Of a DNA stretch of 64,000 bases, positions 31,276 to 43,764 are shown piece by piece. Made by a program: the position numbers and the translations under genes. The stretch lies in contig CAMDGF010000002.1 in assembly GCA_945897555.1 (NCBI GenBank), positions 70,926 through 134,925 on the forward strand, read 5' to 3'. Position 1 is the first letter of the stretch. The number at the start of each line of letters is the position of its first letter. The stretch comes from Klebsiella pneumoniae. Its GTDB lineage: Bacteria; Pseudomonadota; Gammaproteobacteria; Burkholderiales; UBA3065. The notes under the pieces are model-generated. The model did no database searches. It was not told the origin of the DNA and saw only the letters and a program-made list of their open reading frames with translations.

Positions 31276-32709
31276 ATGCAGACACCTTTCATTCGCCGCC
31301 GCACCAAGATCGTCGCCACCCTCGGTCCAGCCAGTAGCACCGATGCGGTGCTCGGCCGCATGATGGATGCCGGGCTCGACCTGATCCGCCTCAACTTTTC
31401 GCACGGCAAGAGCTCCGACCACGCCGATGTGGCCGAGCGGGTGCGGGCACTGGCGCGCGAACGCAAGCGCGCGGTGGGCGTGCTCGCCGACCTGCAGGGG
31501 CCCAAGATCCGCATCGGCCGTTTTGCCGAGGGCAAGGTCCAGTTGGAGCCGGGCCAGCGGTTCATCCTCGACGCCGCCTGCGAAGTCGGTGATCAGACCC
31601 GCGTGGGGCTGGACTACAAGGAGTTGACCCAAGACGTGGGCGCCGGCGACACATTGCTGCTCGCCGATGGATTCATCATCATGACCGTCGACCGCGTGGA
31701 GGGCAGCGAGATCCTCTGCACCGTGGTGCAGGGCGGCGTGTTGTCCAACAACAAGGGTGTCAACCGTCTTGGTGGTGGCCTGTCGGCACCCGCATTGACT
31801 GACAAGGACCGTGAGGACATCAAGACCGTCGGCGCGATCAAGGCCGACTATGTGGCAGTGAGTTTCCCGCGCTGTGGTGCCGACATCGACCAGGCGCGAG
31901 CGCTGCTGCGGCAGACCGGCTGGGACGCCAAGATCATCGCCAAGATCGAGCGCGCCGAGGCCATCGAGGCGCTGGAGGAGATCCTCGACGCCTCCGACGG
32001 CATCATGGTGGCGCGTGGCGACCTCGCTGTGGAGATGGGTGATGCCGCCGTGCCGGGCCTGCAGAAGCGCATGATCCGCGCCGCCCGCGCCAAGCGAAAG
32101 CTGGTGATCACGGCGACGCAGATGATGGAGTCGATGATCGACAACCCGGTGCCCACCCGTGCCGAGGTGTCCGATGTCGCCAATGCCGTGCTCGACGGCA
32201 CCGACGGCGTGATGCTGTCGGCCGAAAGTGCGGTGGGCAAGTACCCGGTCGAGACCATTGCCGCCATGAACCGCGTCTGTATCGAGGCGGAGAAGGTCGC
32301 CGAGTTCATCCCCGAGAAGGATTTTGAGGGCACCGATTTCCAGTCGGTTGAGCAGTCGATCGCGCTGGCGGCGGTATTTGTGAGTGCTCACTATCCGCTG
32401 CGAGCTATCGCCGCACTCACCGAGTCGGGCACCACCGCGCTGTGGATGTCGCGCTTCAACCTCAACCTGCCGGTCTATGCGCTCTCGCCCAACGTCGAGA
32501 CACGGCGCCGTGCGTCACTGTTCCGTGGCGTCTACCCCATCCGCTTCGAAGAGGCGTCAACCGATCCTGAGGTGGTGCTGGCGCGTGCTGGCGACGAACT
32601 CAAGCGTCTCGGCGTGGTGGATGCCGGAGATCTGGTCGCCATCACCATCGGCGAGCCCATCGGCCAGCCGGGCGGGACCAATAACCTCAAAATCGTCAGG
32701 ATCCCCTAG
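31276..32709 (+). CDS. pyk: pyruvate kinase
   Basis: Contains [20 protein letters not shown] and [13 protein letters not shown]. It was trimmed from ORF 30994. Confidence 0.96.
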   Translation: MQTPFIRRRTKIVATLGPASSTDAVLGRMMDAGLDLIRLNFSHGKSSDHADVAERVRALARERKRAVGVLADLQGPKIRIGRFAEGKVQLEPGQRFILDAACEVGDQTRVGLDYKELTQDVGAGDTLLLADGFIIMTVDRVEGSEILCTVVQGGVLSNNKGVNRLGGGLSAPALTDKDREDIKTVGAIKADYVAVSFPRCGADIDQARALLRQTGWDAKIIAKIERAEAIEALEEILDASDGIMVARGDLAVEMGDAAVPGLQKRMIRAARAKRKLVITATQMMESMIDNPVPTRAEVSDVANAVLDGTDGVMLSAESAVGKYPVETIAAMNRVCIEAEKVAEFIPEKDFEGTDFQSVEQSIALAAVFVSAHYPLRAIAALTESGTTALWMSRFNLNLPVYALSPNVETRRRASLFRGVYPIRFEEASTDPEVVLARAGDELKRLGVVDAGDLVAITIGEPIGQPGGTNNLKIVRIP

Positions 32710-32717
32710 GAAACGCC

Positions 32718-33782
32718 ATGGCGCTCATCTCGCTTCGACAATTGCTCGACCACGCCGCCGAACACAGCTATGGCGTCCCGGCCTTCAATGTCAACAACCT
32801 CGAGCAGATGCGCGCCATCATGGAGGCGGCCCACAAGACCGATTCGCCGGTCATCGTCCAGGCCTCGGCCGGCGCGCGCAAGTATGCCGGTGCGCCGTTC
32901 CTGCGCCACCTCATCCTCGCTGCCATCGAGGAGTTCCCGCACATCCCGGTGTGCATGCATCAGGATCACGGCACCAGCCCCTCGGTGTGCCAGCGTTCGA
33001 TCCAGCTGGGTTTCTCCAGCGTCATGATGGACGGCAGCCTTGGCACCGATGGCAAGACGCCGACCGACTACGACTACAACGTGCGCGTGACGCGCGAGGT
33101 GGTGGCCATGGCGCACGCCTGCGGCGTCTCGGTGGAGGGTGAGCTGGGTTGCCTCGGTTCGCTCGAGACCGGCACCGCTGGCGAGGAGGACGGCATCGGC
33201 GCCGAGGGCGTGCTCGACCACTCGCAGTTGCTCACCGACCCCGAAGAAGCCGCCCACTTTGTCGCGGCGACCCAGGTCGATGCGCTGGCCATCGCCATCG
33301 GCACCAGCCACGGCGCCTACAAGTTCACTCGTCCGCCCACCGGTGACATTCTGGCCATCGATCGCATCAAGGCGATCCACGAGCGCATCCCCAATACCCA
33401 CTTGGTGATGCACGGATCGAGCTCGGTGCCGCAGGACTGGCTCAAGATCATCAACGACAACGGGGGCGACATGGGTCAGACCTATGGCGTGCCGGTCGAG
33501 GAGATCGTCGAGGGCATCAAGCACGGTGTACGCAAGGTGAATATCGATACGGATCTGCGCATGGCCAGCACCGGCGCGATCCGGCAGTTCTTCAACGAGG
33601 ACCGCAAGGAGTTCGACCCGCGCAAGTATCTGGCCAAGGCCACTGCTGCCATGCGCGACATCTGTATCGCCCGCTACGAGGCCTTCGGCACCGCTGGCCA
33701 AGCCAGCAAGCTCAAGCCGGTCTCGCTCGAGGCGATGTTCCAGCGCTACGAGAAGGGCGAACTCGCCGCCGTGGTGCGCTGA
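32718..33782 (+). CDS. fba: class II fructose-bisphosphate aldolase
   Basis: Contains [28 protein letters not shown] and [10 protein letters not shown]. At 354 aa it is the long (CbbA-like) subtype. Confidence 0.95.
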   Translation: MALISLRQLLDHAAEHSYGVPAFNVNNLEQMRAIMEAAHKTDSPVIVQASAGARKYAGAPFLRHLILAAIEEFPHIPVCMHQDHGTSPSVCQRSIQLGFSSVMMDGSLGTDGKTPTDYDYNVRVTREVVAMAHACGVSVEGELGCLGSLETGTAGEEDGIGAEGVLDHSQLLTDPEEAAHFVAATQVDALAIAIGTSHGAYKFTRPPTGDILAIDRIKAIHERIPNTHLVMHGSSSVPQDWLKIINDNGGDMGQTYGVPVEEIVEGIKHGVRKVNIDTDLRMASTGAIRQFFNEDRKEFDPRKYLAKATAAMRDICIARYEAFGTAGQASKLKPVSLEAMFQRYEKGELAAVVR

Positions 33783-33792
33783 GCCAAGTCCG

Positions 33793-33809
33793 GAAAAACG
33801 CCGTTTTTC
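33793..33809. terminator. compact bidirectional hairpin between convergent fba and the COG0523 GTPase gene
   Basis: GAAAAAC-GCC-GTTTTTC forms a 7-bp stem with A/T runs on both sides. It overlaps the stop codon of the minus-strand gene. Confidence 0.45.
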
Positions 33810-34857
33810 ACCCGAAGACGCCGTCGCCGGCCTGAATGAAGCTTTGCAGGGTGAGCCGGATGAATTCGGCATCGAGGTCGCGCTCGATGAACACCAGCCG
33901 TGTGCGGCGATCCTCGTCGGGCCAGGCATCCAGCGTCTCGATCGGGTAAAGGGTGTGCTGCACCGCGTGCACCACCAGCGGCTGCTCTTGGCCGATGGCG
34001 TTGACGATGCCCTTGATGCGCAGCAGATGCTCGCCGCGGAACGCGCACAGCATCTCCAGCGCTGCGCGCAGGTTGTCGCGCTGCACCGGTTCGTCGAAGG
34101 TCACGCAGAACGATTGCACGCGCCCATCGTGGGGCCCGTGAGCTCCCCGTGCGGCTGGCGGTGCGATGCCGCCGATACCCCTGACCGCGACGAAGCGGTC
34201 CGCCGCCAGCCAGCGTCGCGCATCGCTGCCCACCCCGGGGCGTCGCTGCACGCTCCCGATGAGCGCGGCGGGCGGCTCGCTGAGCGCGTCGGCCACCTCT
34301 ACGCCCGGATTGATCTGGCCGATGCGCTTGGCCAATGCATCCGCCGTTGCTGCGTCTGAGACGAGGTCGCGCTTGGTCAAGGCCACGCGGTCGGCCATCG
34401 CCACCTGCTGAATGGCCTCGAAATGAGAGTCGAGCGTGGCCATGCCGGCAGTCGCGTCGACCAGTGTCAGCACGCCATCAAATCGATAGTAGGTGTCGAG
34501 GAAGGCATCGCGCGACAACATCCCCACCACCGGCGACGGATCGGCGAGGCCGGTGGTCTCGATGAGTACGCGATCGAACTCGGGCACCTCGTCCTTCACC
34601 CGCTTGAGGTAGAGCTCACGCAGGGTATCGATTAACTCGCCGTTCATGACGCAGCACAGGCAGCCGTTCTCGAGCACGGTGATCTGATCGGAGGCATGAC
34701 GCACCAACTGGTGGTCGATCCCCACGGCTCCGAGTTCGTTGATCACCACCGCAGTGTTCGCGTAGCCCGGCTCACGCAGCAAGCGATTGAGCCAACTGGT
34801 CTTGCCGACGCCAAGAAAGCCGGTGAGCAGGAGGATGGGCAGGCGTGATTCAGACAT
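33808..34857 (-). CDS. CobW/COG0523-family G3E GTPase (putative metallochaperone)
   Basis: P-loop LLTGFLGVGKTS, metal-binding GCLCCV, ETTGLADP, and a CobW C-terminal-like domain. Confidence 0.88.
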   Translation of the reverse strand: MSESRLPILLLTGFLGVGKTSWLNRLLREPGYANTAVVINELGAVGIDHQLVRHASDQITVLENGCLCCVMNGELIDTLRELYLKRVKDEVPEFDRVLIETTGLADPSPVVGMLSRDAFLDTYYRFDGVLTLVDATAGMATLDSHFEAIQQVAMADRVALTKRDLVSDAATADALAKRIGQINPGVEVADALSEPPAALIGSVQRRPGVGSDARRWLAADRFVAVRGIGGIAPPAARGAHGPHDGRVQSFCVTFDEPVQRDNLRAALEMLCAFRGEHLLRIKGIVNAIGQEQPLVVHAVQHTLYPIETLDAWPDEDRRTRLVFIERDLDAEFIRLTLQSFIQAGDGVFG

Positions 34858-34872
34858 CGCAGCGATCTGTGC

Positions 34873-34900
34873 TCAGGAAAACCGGCCAATCGGCCGATAG
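34873..34900 (+). promoter_or_regulatory. candidate sigma-28 (FliA) promoter: TCAGG-N15-GCCGATAG
   Basis: The -10 matches GCCGATAA at 7 of 8 positions. The -35 resembles the TAAAG/TCAAG class. It lies 43 nt upstream of an MCP start codon. fliA is encoded in this window. Confidence 0.45.
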
Positions 34901-34942
34901 AGGTTTTGTCTTAAGATGTGCGCCGCCACCGAAGGGGAAAAC

Positions 34943-36196
34943 ATGTTCGAGAGTCTCAGCCTTAAGATTCAGATGCAGATCATCGCCGGCCTGGCCATGC
35001 TACCGGCCGCCGCCATCCTGGCCGCCACATTCGTCCTTTCGACTGACGGATCCTTGCAGACGGTCGCCGCGACCCTTTTTGCAGTGGGCCTGATCCTGTC
35101 GTTCGCGCTTGCCACCCTCCTCGGCAAGTCTTCGGGCGACCGCGCGAATCGCATCGCCAGCGCTTTGCACGAGATGGCGGCCGGCAAGTTCGACCAGAAG
35201 GTCAAGATGTCGGGGCGTGACGAATTCGCGTGGATGGCGTACGAGGTCGATTGTGTACGCAAGTCGGTGGTGAGCATCGTGCAGGATATCCGCTCGACCG
35301 TCATCTCGCTCACCGCTTCTGCGTGTGATCTCGCTGAAGTGACGAAGCGCGGTGGCGGCAACGTATCCCGGCAGTACGAGGACACCAACAATATGGCGCA
35401 GTCCATCGATGTGATGACCGCCCAGATGCACGAGGTGACCGGCCACGCACAGGCGGCTGCCGAGGCTGCCGCCGAGGCCAACCTCGAGGCTGACGCCAGC
35501 AAGGCAGTGGTGCTCAAGGCCATCGAAGCCATCGACATGCTGGCCGATGAGGTGCGTCGCACCGCTGAGGTCATCAACAACCTGCGTGAGGACAGCGCGC
35601 AGATCGGACGCGTGGTGGATGTCATCAAGGGGGTCGCCGAGCAGACCAACCTCTTGGCCCTCAACGCCGCCATCGAGGCTGCCCGCGCCGGCGACCATGG
35701 CCGCGGCTTTGCCGTGGTGGCCGATGAGGTGCGCACGCTGGCCTCGCGTACGCAGCAGTCGACCCAAGAGATCCAAGCCATGATCGAGCGCTTGCAGGCG
35801 ATCGCCAGCAATGCTGCCGAGGTCATGGACGCCGGGCAATTGCGCACCCAAGAGAGCGTCGAGCATGCCGCCGGTGCCGGTGAGTCGCTGTCGCGCATCG
35901 TCAACGCCATCTCCACCATCAACAACATGAACCGCATGATCGTCGAGTCATCCGCCGCTCAGAGTGGCGTGGTTGCAGATGTCGCCACCGGCATCGAGCG
36001 CGTGCGTGCGGTGGCCAGCGATTCGGCTGAAGGTGCGCGGCAGATCTCGGCGTCCAGCGAGACCTTGCGCCAAGTGGCCGCGCGCATGGCTGAGCTGGTC
36101 GAGCGCTTTGAGATCAGCGGGGCGTCGCCGGCCTCTGCCGCTATGAGCTCGCAGGGTGACCGTTCAGCGCTGCCCATCGCCCCCCAGGCGGCTTGA
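34943..36196 (+). CDS. methyl-accepting chemotaxis protein lacking a periplasmic ligand-binding domain (TM hairpin-HAMP-signalling domain)
   Basis: Contains [38 protein letters not shown]. Two N-terminal TM helices are separated only by TDGSLQ. The ATG at 34943 follows AAGGGGA; an alternative start is at 34916. Confidence 0.92.
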   Translation: MFESLSLKIQMQIIAGLAMLPAAAILAATFVLSTDGSLQTVAATLFAVGLILSFALATLLGKSSGDRANRIASALHEMAAGKFDQKVKMSGRDEFAWMAYEVDCVRKSVVSIVQDIRSTVISLTASACDLAEVTKRGGGNVSRQYEDTNNMAQSIDVMTAQMHEVTGHAQAAAEAAAEANLEADASKAVVLKAIEAIDMLADEVRRTAEVINNLREDSAQIGRVVDVIKGVAEQTNLLALNAAIEAARAGDHGRGFAVVADEVRTLASRTQQSTQEIQAMIERLQAIASNAAEVMDAGQLRTQESVEHAAGAGESLSRIVNAISTINNMNRMIVESSAAQSGVVADVATGIERVRAVASDSAEGARQISASSETLRQVAARMAELVERFEISGASPASAAMSSQGDRSALPIAPQAA

Positions 36197-36211
36197 GGTA
36201 GTTCCAGTCAT

Positions 36212-36231
36212 AGCGCCCGCCACCGGGCGCT
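36212..36231. terminator. perfect hairpin between convergent MCP and mfnB-like genes
   Basis: AGCGCCCG-CCAC-CGGGCGCT forms an 8-bp GC-rich stem with a 4-nt loop. Confidence 0.5.
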
Positions 36232-36253
36232 GCAGCCGCGGCGGCAGAGAGCG

Positions 36254-36952
36254 TCAGCCGGCCGTGGCTGCCAAGGCGTGATCGAGGGCCTCACGCAAAG
36301 CGGCGAGCCGGGTGGCATCGATGGCGGTGGCGCGCTGGCCATGTCGGCATGCTGCGCCACGGAAACCGAGTACAGAGGGCCGTATGGCGGCCAGCGTGGC
36401 AATATCCTCCACGGTCAGCGAGCCGGCGAGGCCACACTGCAAGCCGTGGCCGGCCGCTTCGGTGGCGAAGCGGGCGATCGCGGTATTGTCGAGGTGGCGG
36501 CGCAACCCGCCACCGGATTTGTCGGCGGTGTCGAGCATGACGCCGCTGAAGCCGGCCTCGGAAAAATCAGCGACGTGCTTGTGCGGCGTGGGCGTGCGGT
36601 CGCCAAAAAGCAGGCCGATCATCGGCACACGGCGGGCCAAAGGCGAAAGTGCCCTGAGGCAGGCTTGCCAATCGCCGCCCGGATAGAAGCCTATCTTGAC
36701 CCAGTCGACGCCGGTGGCTGCGATCCGCTCCGCCTGCTCCAGAAGCAGCGAGGGCTCGGCAGGCCAGTCACCGATAGTGGCCGATACCGGTCGCTGACCG
36801 GCCACAGCAGCCACGATGGCCCGCAGTGTGTCTGTGGCCAGAGCGGCCAACGGGCCGGCAGCGGCATCCTTGCCGTCGATGATGTCGGCGCCACCCTGCA
36901 GCGCCAGGCTGGCCTCGGCAGCGGAGGCGACACTGATCAGCAGCCGTGTCAT
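36254..36952 (-). CDS. (5-formylfuran-3-yl)methyl phosphate synthase-like protein (MfnB/DUF556 family)
   Basis: MTRLLISVASAAEASLALQGGADIIDGKDA aligns to archaeal MfnB, including the Schiff-base Lys in ADIIDxK. Also present are SATIGD, VKIGFY, MLDTADK, GLAGSL and LGFRGAAC. The start overlaps the upstream stop (ATGA). Confidence 0.82.
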   Translation of the reverse strand: MTRLLISVASAAEASLALQGGADIIDGKDAAAGPLAALATDTLRAIVAAVAGQRPVSATIGDWPAEPSLLLEQAERIAATGVDWVKIGFYPGGDWQACLRALSPLARRVPMIGLLFGDRTPTPHKHVADFSEAGFSGVMLDTADKSGGGLRRHLDNTAIARFATEAAGHGLQCGLAGSLTVEDIATLAAIRPSVLGFRGAACRHGQRATAIDATRLAALREALDHALAATAG

Positions 36953-37557
36953 GGCCGGGGGGCGTCGGCGCCAGCCAGATGCGACTCGATGCGCTCTACC
37001 AGCCAAGCCCATGCCTCGCGCTCGGCGGTGCCGGCAGTCTTGTCGATGGCGATGGCGAGGTAAGCCATCTCGCTGCGGATCTTTTCTGCTGGCAGCCTAT
37101 GCAGACGGCTCACCAGGATGGCGCACTCCAGTACGGCGGCGCGGGCCCGGTTGAAGCCCTCAAAGGGGCGGTGCGATTCCGTGCACAGCGGCCGGCAGCG
37201 CAACTTTGGCCGCAGGTCATCCTCGTCGATACGCACCAGTTCGAGTTCCTGGTGACTCACGGCGCTGGTGAGCCGCAGCGTGCCGGGGGTGCGACCGGGC
37301 ATCAGCGGCCAGCCATGGCGTCCGGTCAGACAGCCTGCAAAGACCCGTACGTCGTCGCAGGCGTTCACCACCGCCACGCCGCTTTCGAGCACGTTCTCCA
37401 GCGTACGAGACGGGCGGAACGGCGCGAGGGTGATGAGCCCATCCTCCTCCCAGACCCCCATCGGTGCGATGTGCGGCTGGCCATCGGCAGATTGCGTGGT
37501 GACGATGACTTCGCGGATGAAGTGATTACTCAACGTCTTTCCCGGAATCAGGCTCAC
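36949..37557 (-). CDS. DUF447-family split-barrel protein (MfnF-like, from memory)
   Basis: 202 aa with IREVIVTTQSADGQPHIAPMGV, typical of DUF447 proteins found with methanopterin/methanofuran biosynthesis genes. The start is GTG 37557 or TTG 37533. Confidence 0.7.
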   Translation of the reverse strand: MSLIPGKTLSNHFIREVIVTTQSADGQPHIAPMGVWEEDGLITLAPFRPSRTLENVLESGVAVVNACDDVRVFAGCLTGRHGWPLMPGRTPGTLRLTSAVSHQELELVRIDEDDLRPKLRCRPLCTESHRPFEGFNRARAAVLECAILVSRLHRLPAEKIRSEMAYLAIAIDKTAGTAEREAWAWLVERIESHLAGADAPRP

Positions 37558-38962
37558 GACCTTTGTTACGCCGTCGCAGGGGCATGGTGGTGCCCATCGC
37601 CTTCTGATGGGTGAGGTCTTCGACCACCGGCGGCAGTGCCGCTCCCCACTTCAGATCCTCGTCCTGATCGTAGCGCTTGCCCAGCCGCCAGGCCATGTGG
37701 GCGCGTGCCAGTTCGACGCCGAGGTAGAAAGCATGTCCCGCATCGTGGCCGAGCGCATCGCGCAGCTTGGGGAAGAAGTCGTAGGGGTCGCCCTCGCTGA
37801 TCAGGCCGTCACGGTTGTAGAGATGTACGCCAGCCTCGCTGACCTGAATGCGGTAGTTGGCATCCTTGACCGCCGCGGCGAAGCCGGCGATCTCCTCCGG
37901 CGTGTAGGGGAAGGGCCGGCGTTCGTGCAGATTCATCAGGCTGTCGTCGACATCCTTGGGCAGACGGTTGCGCTCGCCCGCCCAGAACATGATGCGCCGC
38001 GCGCGGTCGGCCTCGCGCACCGCACTCCTTGCATGGGGGCTGACCTCGGTGGCGAGCACGGCGTCGATGCGCAGTTCGGAGATGATGCCGAACAGCAGGG
38101 CGTTGATGCCGGCGGTGTCGGCGTCGGTGAGTTCGGTGAGGTTACCCACACCCATCATCATCGGTACATCGGGGTACTTGGCGCGGAAGTCTCGGTAGCG
38201 CACGATCGACTCGGTGAACCCAAAGTGGATCGGCTCGAGGATGGGGTCGCATAGCATCGCGCGGCCGCGCTTGTGCATGGCCTCCATGGCGCGCTCCAGG
38301 CTCGCCATGTCTTGCGCCGGCTGGCCCACCAGCACCGGGGTGCTCGCCACCTCGTCGGCCACGTGCAAGGTGCCTTCGTGCAGGGAGAGCAGGAAGTCGG
38401 CACCGGCACGGCCGCCGCGGATCAGGTCTTCGGGCGCCAGCGAGTCGACGCTCACCCGCAAGCCCATGCGCTTGAGCTCAACGATGGCTTCTTCGAGATG
38501 TTCGAACCGTTCACCAGGGAGAAAGCCCAAGTCGATCACATCGGCGCCACTCTCGCGGTAATAGGTGGCGCGTTCGACGATGCGTGCCACGCTCACCTGG
38601 GCCGCTTCGACGATCTCGCCGAATATCAGCACGCGCTGCCGCGACAGGTCCGGCCGGGTGGCGGCGCGGCCGAAGAACTGCGGCATGTCCTTGAGGTCGT
38701 CCGGGCCGCGTTCGACCGGGATGCCATATCTCGCCACCAGTGGCTCGAGCTCACCGCGGCAGCGCCCGGGCAACACCATGCGCGTGGCGCCCATGGCGTT
38801 GTCGAGGCGGCGCAGGATCATGTCGGTGGTCATCAGCCCGGCCACCGAGATGCCGATGTCATGGACGGTGTAGTCGAAGCCTGTGGGCGCCATGCCCTCG
38901 AGCATCTGCTCCAGGCTCTTCTTCGCCAGCTTGCCGGTGAGGAAGAGGATGTGCTCAGCCAT
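37526..38962 (-). CDS. dihydropteroate-synthase-like (pterin-binding) protein of the methanopterin-biosynthesis type
   Basis: Starts MAEHILFLTGKLAKKSLEQML. The C-terminal half has a DHPS-like TIM-barrel sequence (GADVIDLGFLPGE, VSVDSLAPEDL, MMMGVGNLTELTDADTAG). It was trimmed from the 597-aa ORF, whose N-terminal part overlaps the next gene out of frame. Confidence 0.78.
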   Translation of the reverse strand: MAEHILFLTGKLAKKSLEQMLEGMAPTGFDYTVHDIGISVAGLMTTDMILRRLDNAMGATRMVLPGRCRGELEPLVARYGIPVERGPDDLKDMPQFFGRAATRPDLSRQRVLIFGEIVEAAQVSVARIVERATYYRESGADVIDLGFLPGERFEHLEEAIVELKRMGLRVSVDSLAPEDLIRGGRAGADFLLSLHEGTLHVADEVASTPVLVGQPAQDMASLERAMEAMHKRGRAMLCDPILEPIHFGFTESIVRYRDFRAKYPDVPMMMGVGNLTELTDADTAGINALLFGIISELRIDAVLATEVSPHARSAVREADRARRIMFWAGERNRLPKDVDDSLMNLHERRPFPYTPEEIAGFAAAVKDANYRIQVSEAGVHLYNRDGLISEGDPYDFFPKLRDALGHDAGHAFYLGVELARAHMAWRLGKRYDQDEDLKWGAALPPVVEDLTHQKAMGTTMPLRRRNKGREPDSGKDVE

Positions 38963-39600
38963 CAGGGTGTGGCCCCACTGCCCGCGTCGGGCTCGCTGGA
39001 CCCGGCGCCCTCGCCGATGAGCAGGTCGAGGTCGCGATGCACCTCGCCGAGGGTGGGCTGCGGCGCCACCCGGAGGCGCTCTTCGATGGCCACGCGCAGC
39101 GCCTCCACCGAATCGAGCACGGTCACGCCCTCCATCTCGCCGACCCGGCGCGTGTACTCGAGGTCGATCGCGCGCGGGTACACCTTGACCCAGTCCTTGG
39201 GCGCCTCGGTGTCCATCTCCGGCTCGGTGTCGCAGGCGTAGACATAGATCGGCACGCGCGTCTTGCCGGCCTGCGCAAACATATTGCTCACCAGACTGTC
39301 GGAAAGCCCCAGCGCGCATTTGGCCATGGTGTTGCTGGTGGCCGGGGCGATCACCACCGTGTGGTAGTGGCCGTAATAGAACAACCCGACCGGCACCGAA
39401 CTGGCCGTGCTGTCACGGTAGACGCGGGTGCGCTCGCGGAGCGACGCCAAGGTGATGCCGTACATCGGCAGGATCTCCTCGGCCGCGCGCGTGAGGAACA
39501 GGTCACAGTGCGGCAGTGAGAGTGCCACCTCGAGCGACTCGCGCAGAAAATGGCCGGAGCCGGTGACGCCCCACGCGAGGCGGGGTTTGACATCTTGCAT
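38962..39600 (-). CDS. flavoprotein-family protein (AfpA/DmrB-like; candidate dihydromethanopterin reductase)
   Basis: Contains RLAWGVTGSGHFLRESL and VVIAPATSNTMAKCALGLSDSLVSN, the FMN-binding flavoprotein fold. Its stop overlaps the next start by 1 nt (TGATG). Confidence 0.7.
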   Translation of the reverse strand: MQDVKPRLAWGVTGSGHFLRESLEVALSLPHCDLFLTRAAEEILPMYGITLASLRERTRVYRDSTASSVPVGLFYYGHYHTVVIAPATSNTMAKCALGLSDSLVSNMFAQAGKTRVPIYVYACDTEPEMDTEAPKDWVKVYPRAIDLEYTRRVGEMEGVTVLDSVEALRVAIEERLRVAPQPTLGEVHRDLDLLIGEGAGSSEPDAGSGATP

Positions 39601-39702
39601 GGGGGCGCGCCGCGGAGGCTTGGTTTGCAGGGCCGCCGATTCTAGACCAGCGCGGGGATGGGACAAAGTGCGTGTCCGCGCATCCGGCCGGTACTGGCCG
39701 TG

Positions 39703-43224
<3,522 letters not shown>

Positions 43225-43252
43225 GCAAGGTCCCGTGGACGCGGAAGGGTTC

Positions 43253-43276
43253 AGAATCTAGAGTCGATTCTACAAT
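43253..43276 (+). promoter_or_regulatory. inverted repeat AGAATC-N7-GATTCT abutting a TACAAT -10 box, 9 nt before the DUF2237 start codon
   Basis: Seen directly in the 61-nt dnaE/DUF2237 divergent region. No Shine-Dalgarno sequence lies between TACAAT and the ATG. Confidence 0.3.
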
Positions 43277-43285
43277 GGGGCCACC

Positions 43286-43702
43286 ATGAGCCAATCTTCC
43301 ACCTCCCCCCAGGGCGGCAGTCAAGCCAACGTCCTTGGCGGCGACCTCCTGCCCTGCGGGCTCAACCCGGTCACCGGTTTCTTCCGCGACGGCTGTTGCC
43401 GCACCGGGCCAGGTGACGTCGGCCTGCATGTGGTGTGCGCGGTGGTGACCGACGAGTTCTTGCGCTTCTCGCTGACGCGCGGCAACGATCTCATCACTCC
43501 GGCGCCGCACTACGGCTTCCCTGGCTTGCGTCCGGGAGACCGTTGGTGCCTGTGCGCGGCGCGCTGGAAGGAGGCGCTCGAGGCCGATGTGGCACCGCCG
43601 GTGATCCTCGAAGCCACGCATTTCTCGGCGCTCGCCTATGTCAGCCTCGACGATCTGCGTCGGCACGCCGTGGTGGCACCCGACGACACCCGCGGCCTTT
43701 GA
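43286..43702 (+). CDS. DUF2237 family protein
   Basis: 138 aa with NVLGGDLLPCGLNPVTGFFRDGCCRTGPGDVGLHVVCAVVTDEFL, characteristic of DUF2237. Confidence 0.8.
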   Translation: MSQSSTSPQGGSQANVLGGDLLPCGLNPVTGFFRDGCCRTGPGDVGLHVVCAVVTDEFLRFSLTRGNDLITPAPHYGFPGLRPGDRWCLCAARWKEALEADVAPPVILEATHFSALAYVSLDDLRRHAVVAPDDTRGL

Positions 43703-43764
43703 GGCGCGGGCCTCGGGGTGGCGCGCCAAGACGCTTATAATGCGGGTCTTTGCCTGCTCGAGCC

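Noticed and set aside
38963-39319. N-terminal 119 codons of the 597-aa ORF 37526..39319
   Set aside because: This part overlaps the flavoprotein gene out of frame and is Arg/Gly/Ala/Pro-rich junk. The DHPS-like protein starts at the ATG at 38962 (MAEHILFLTG), coupled to the upstream stop.
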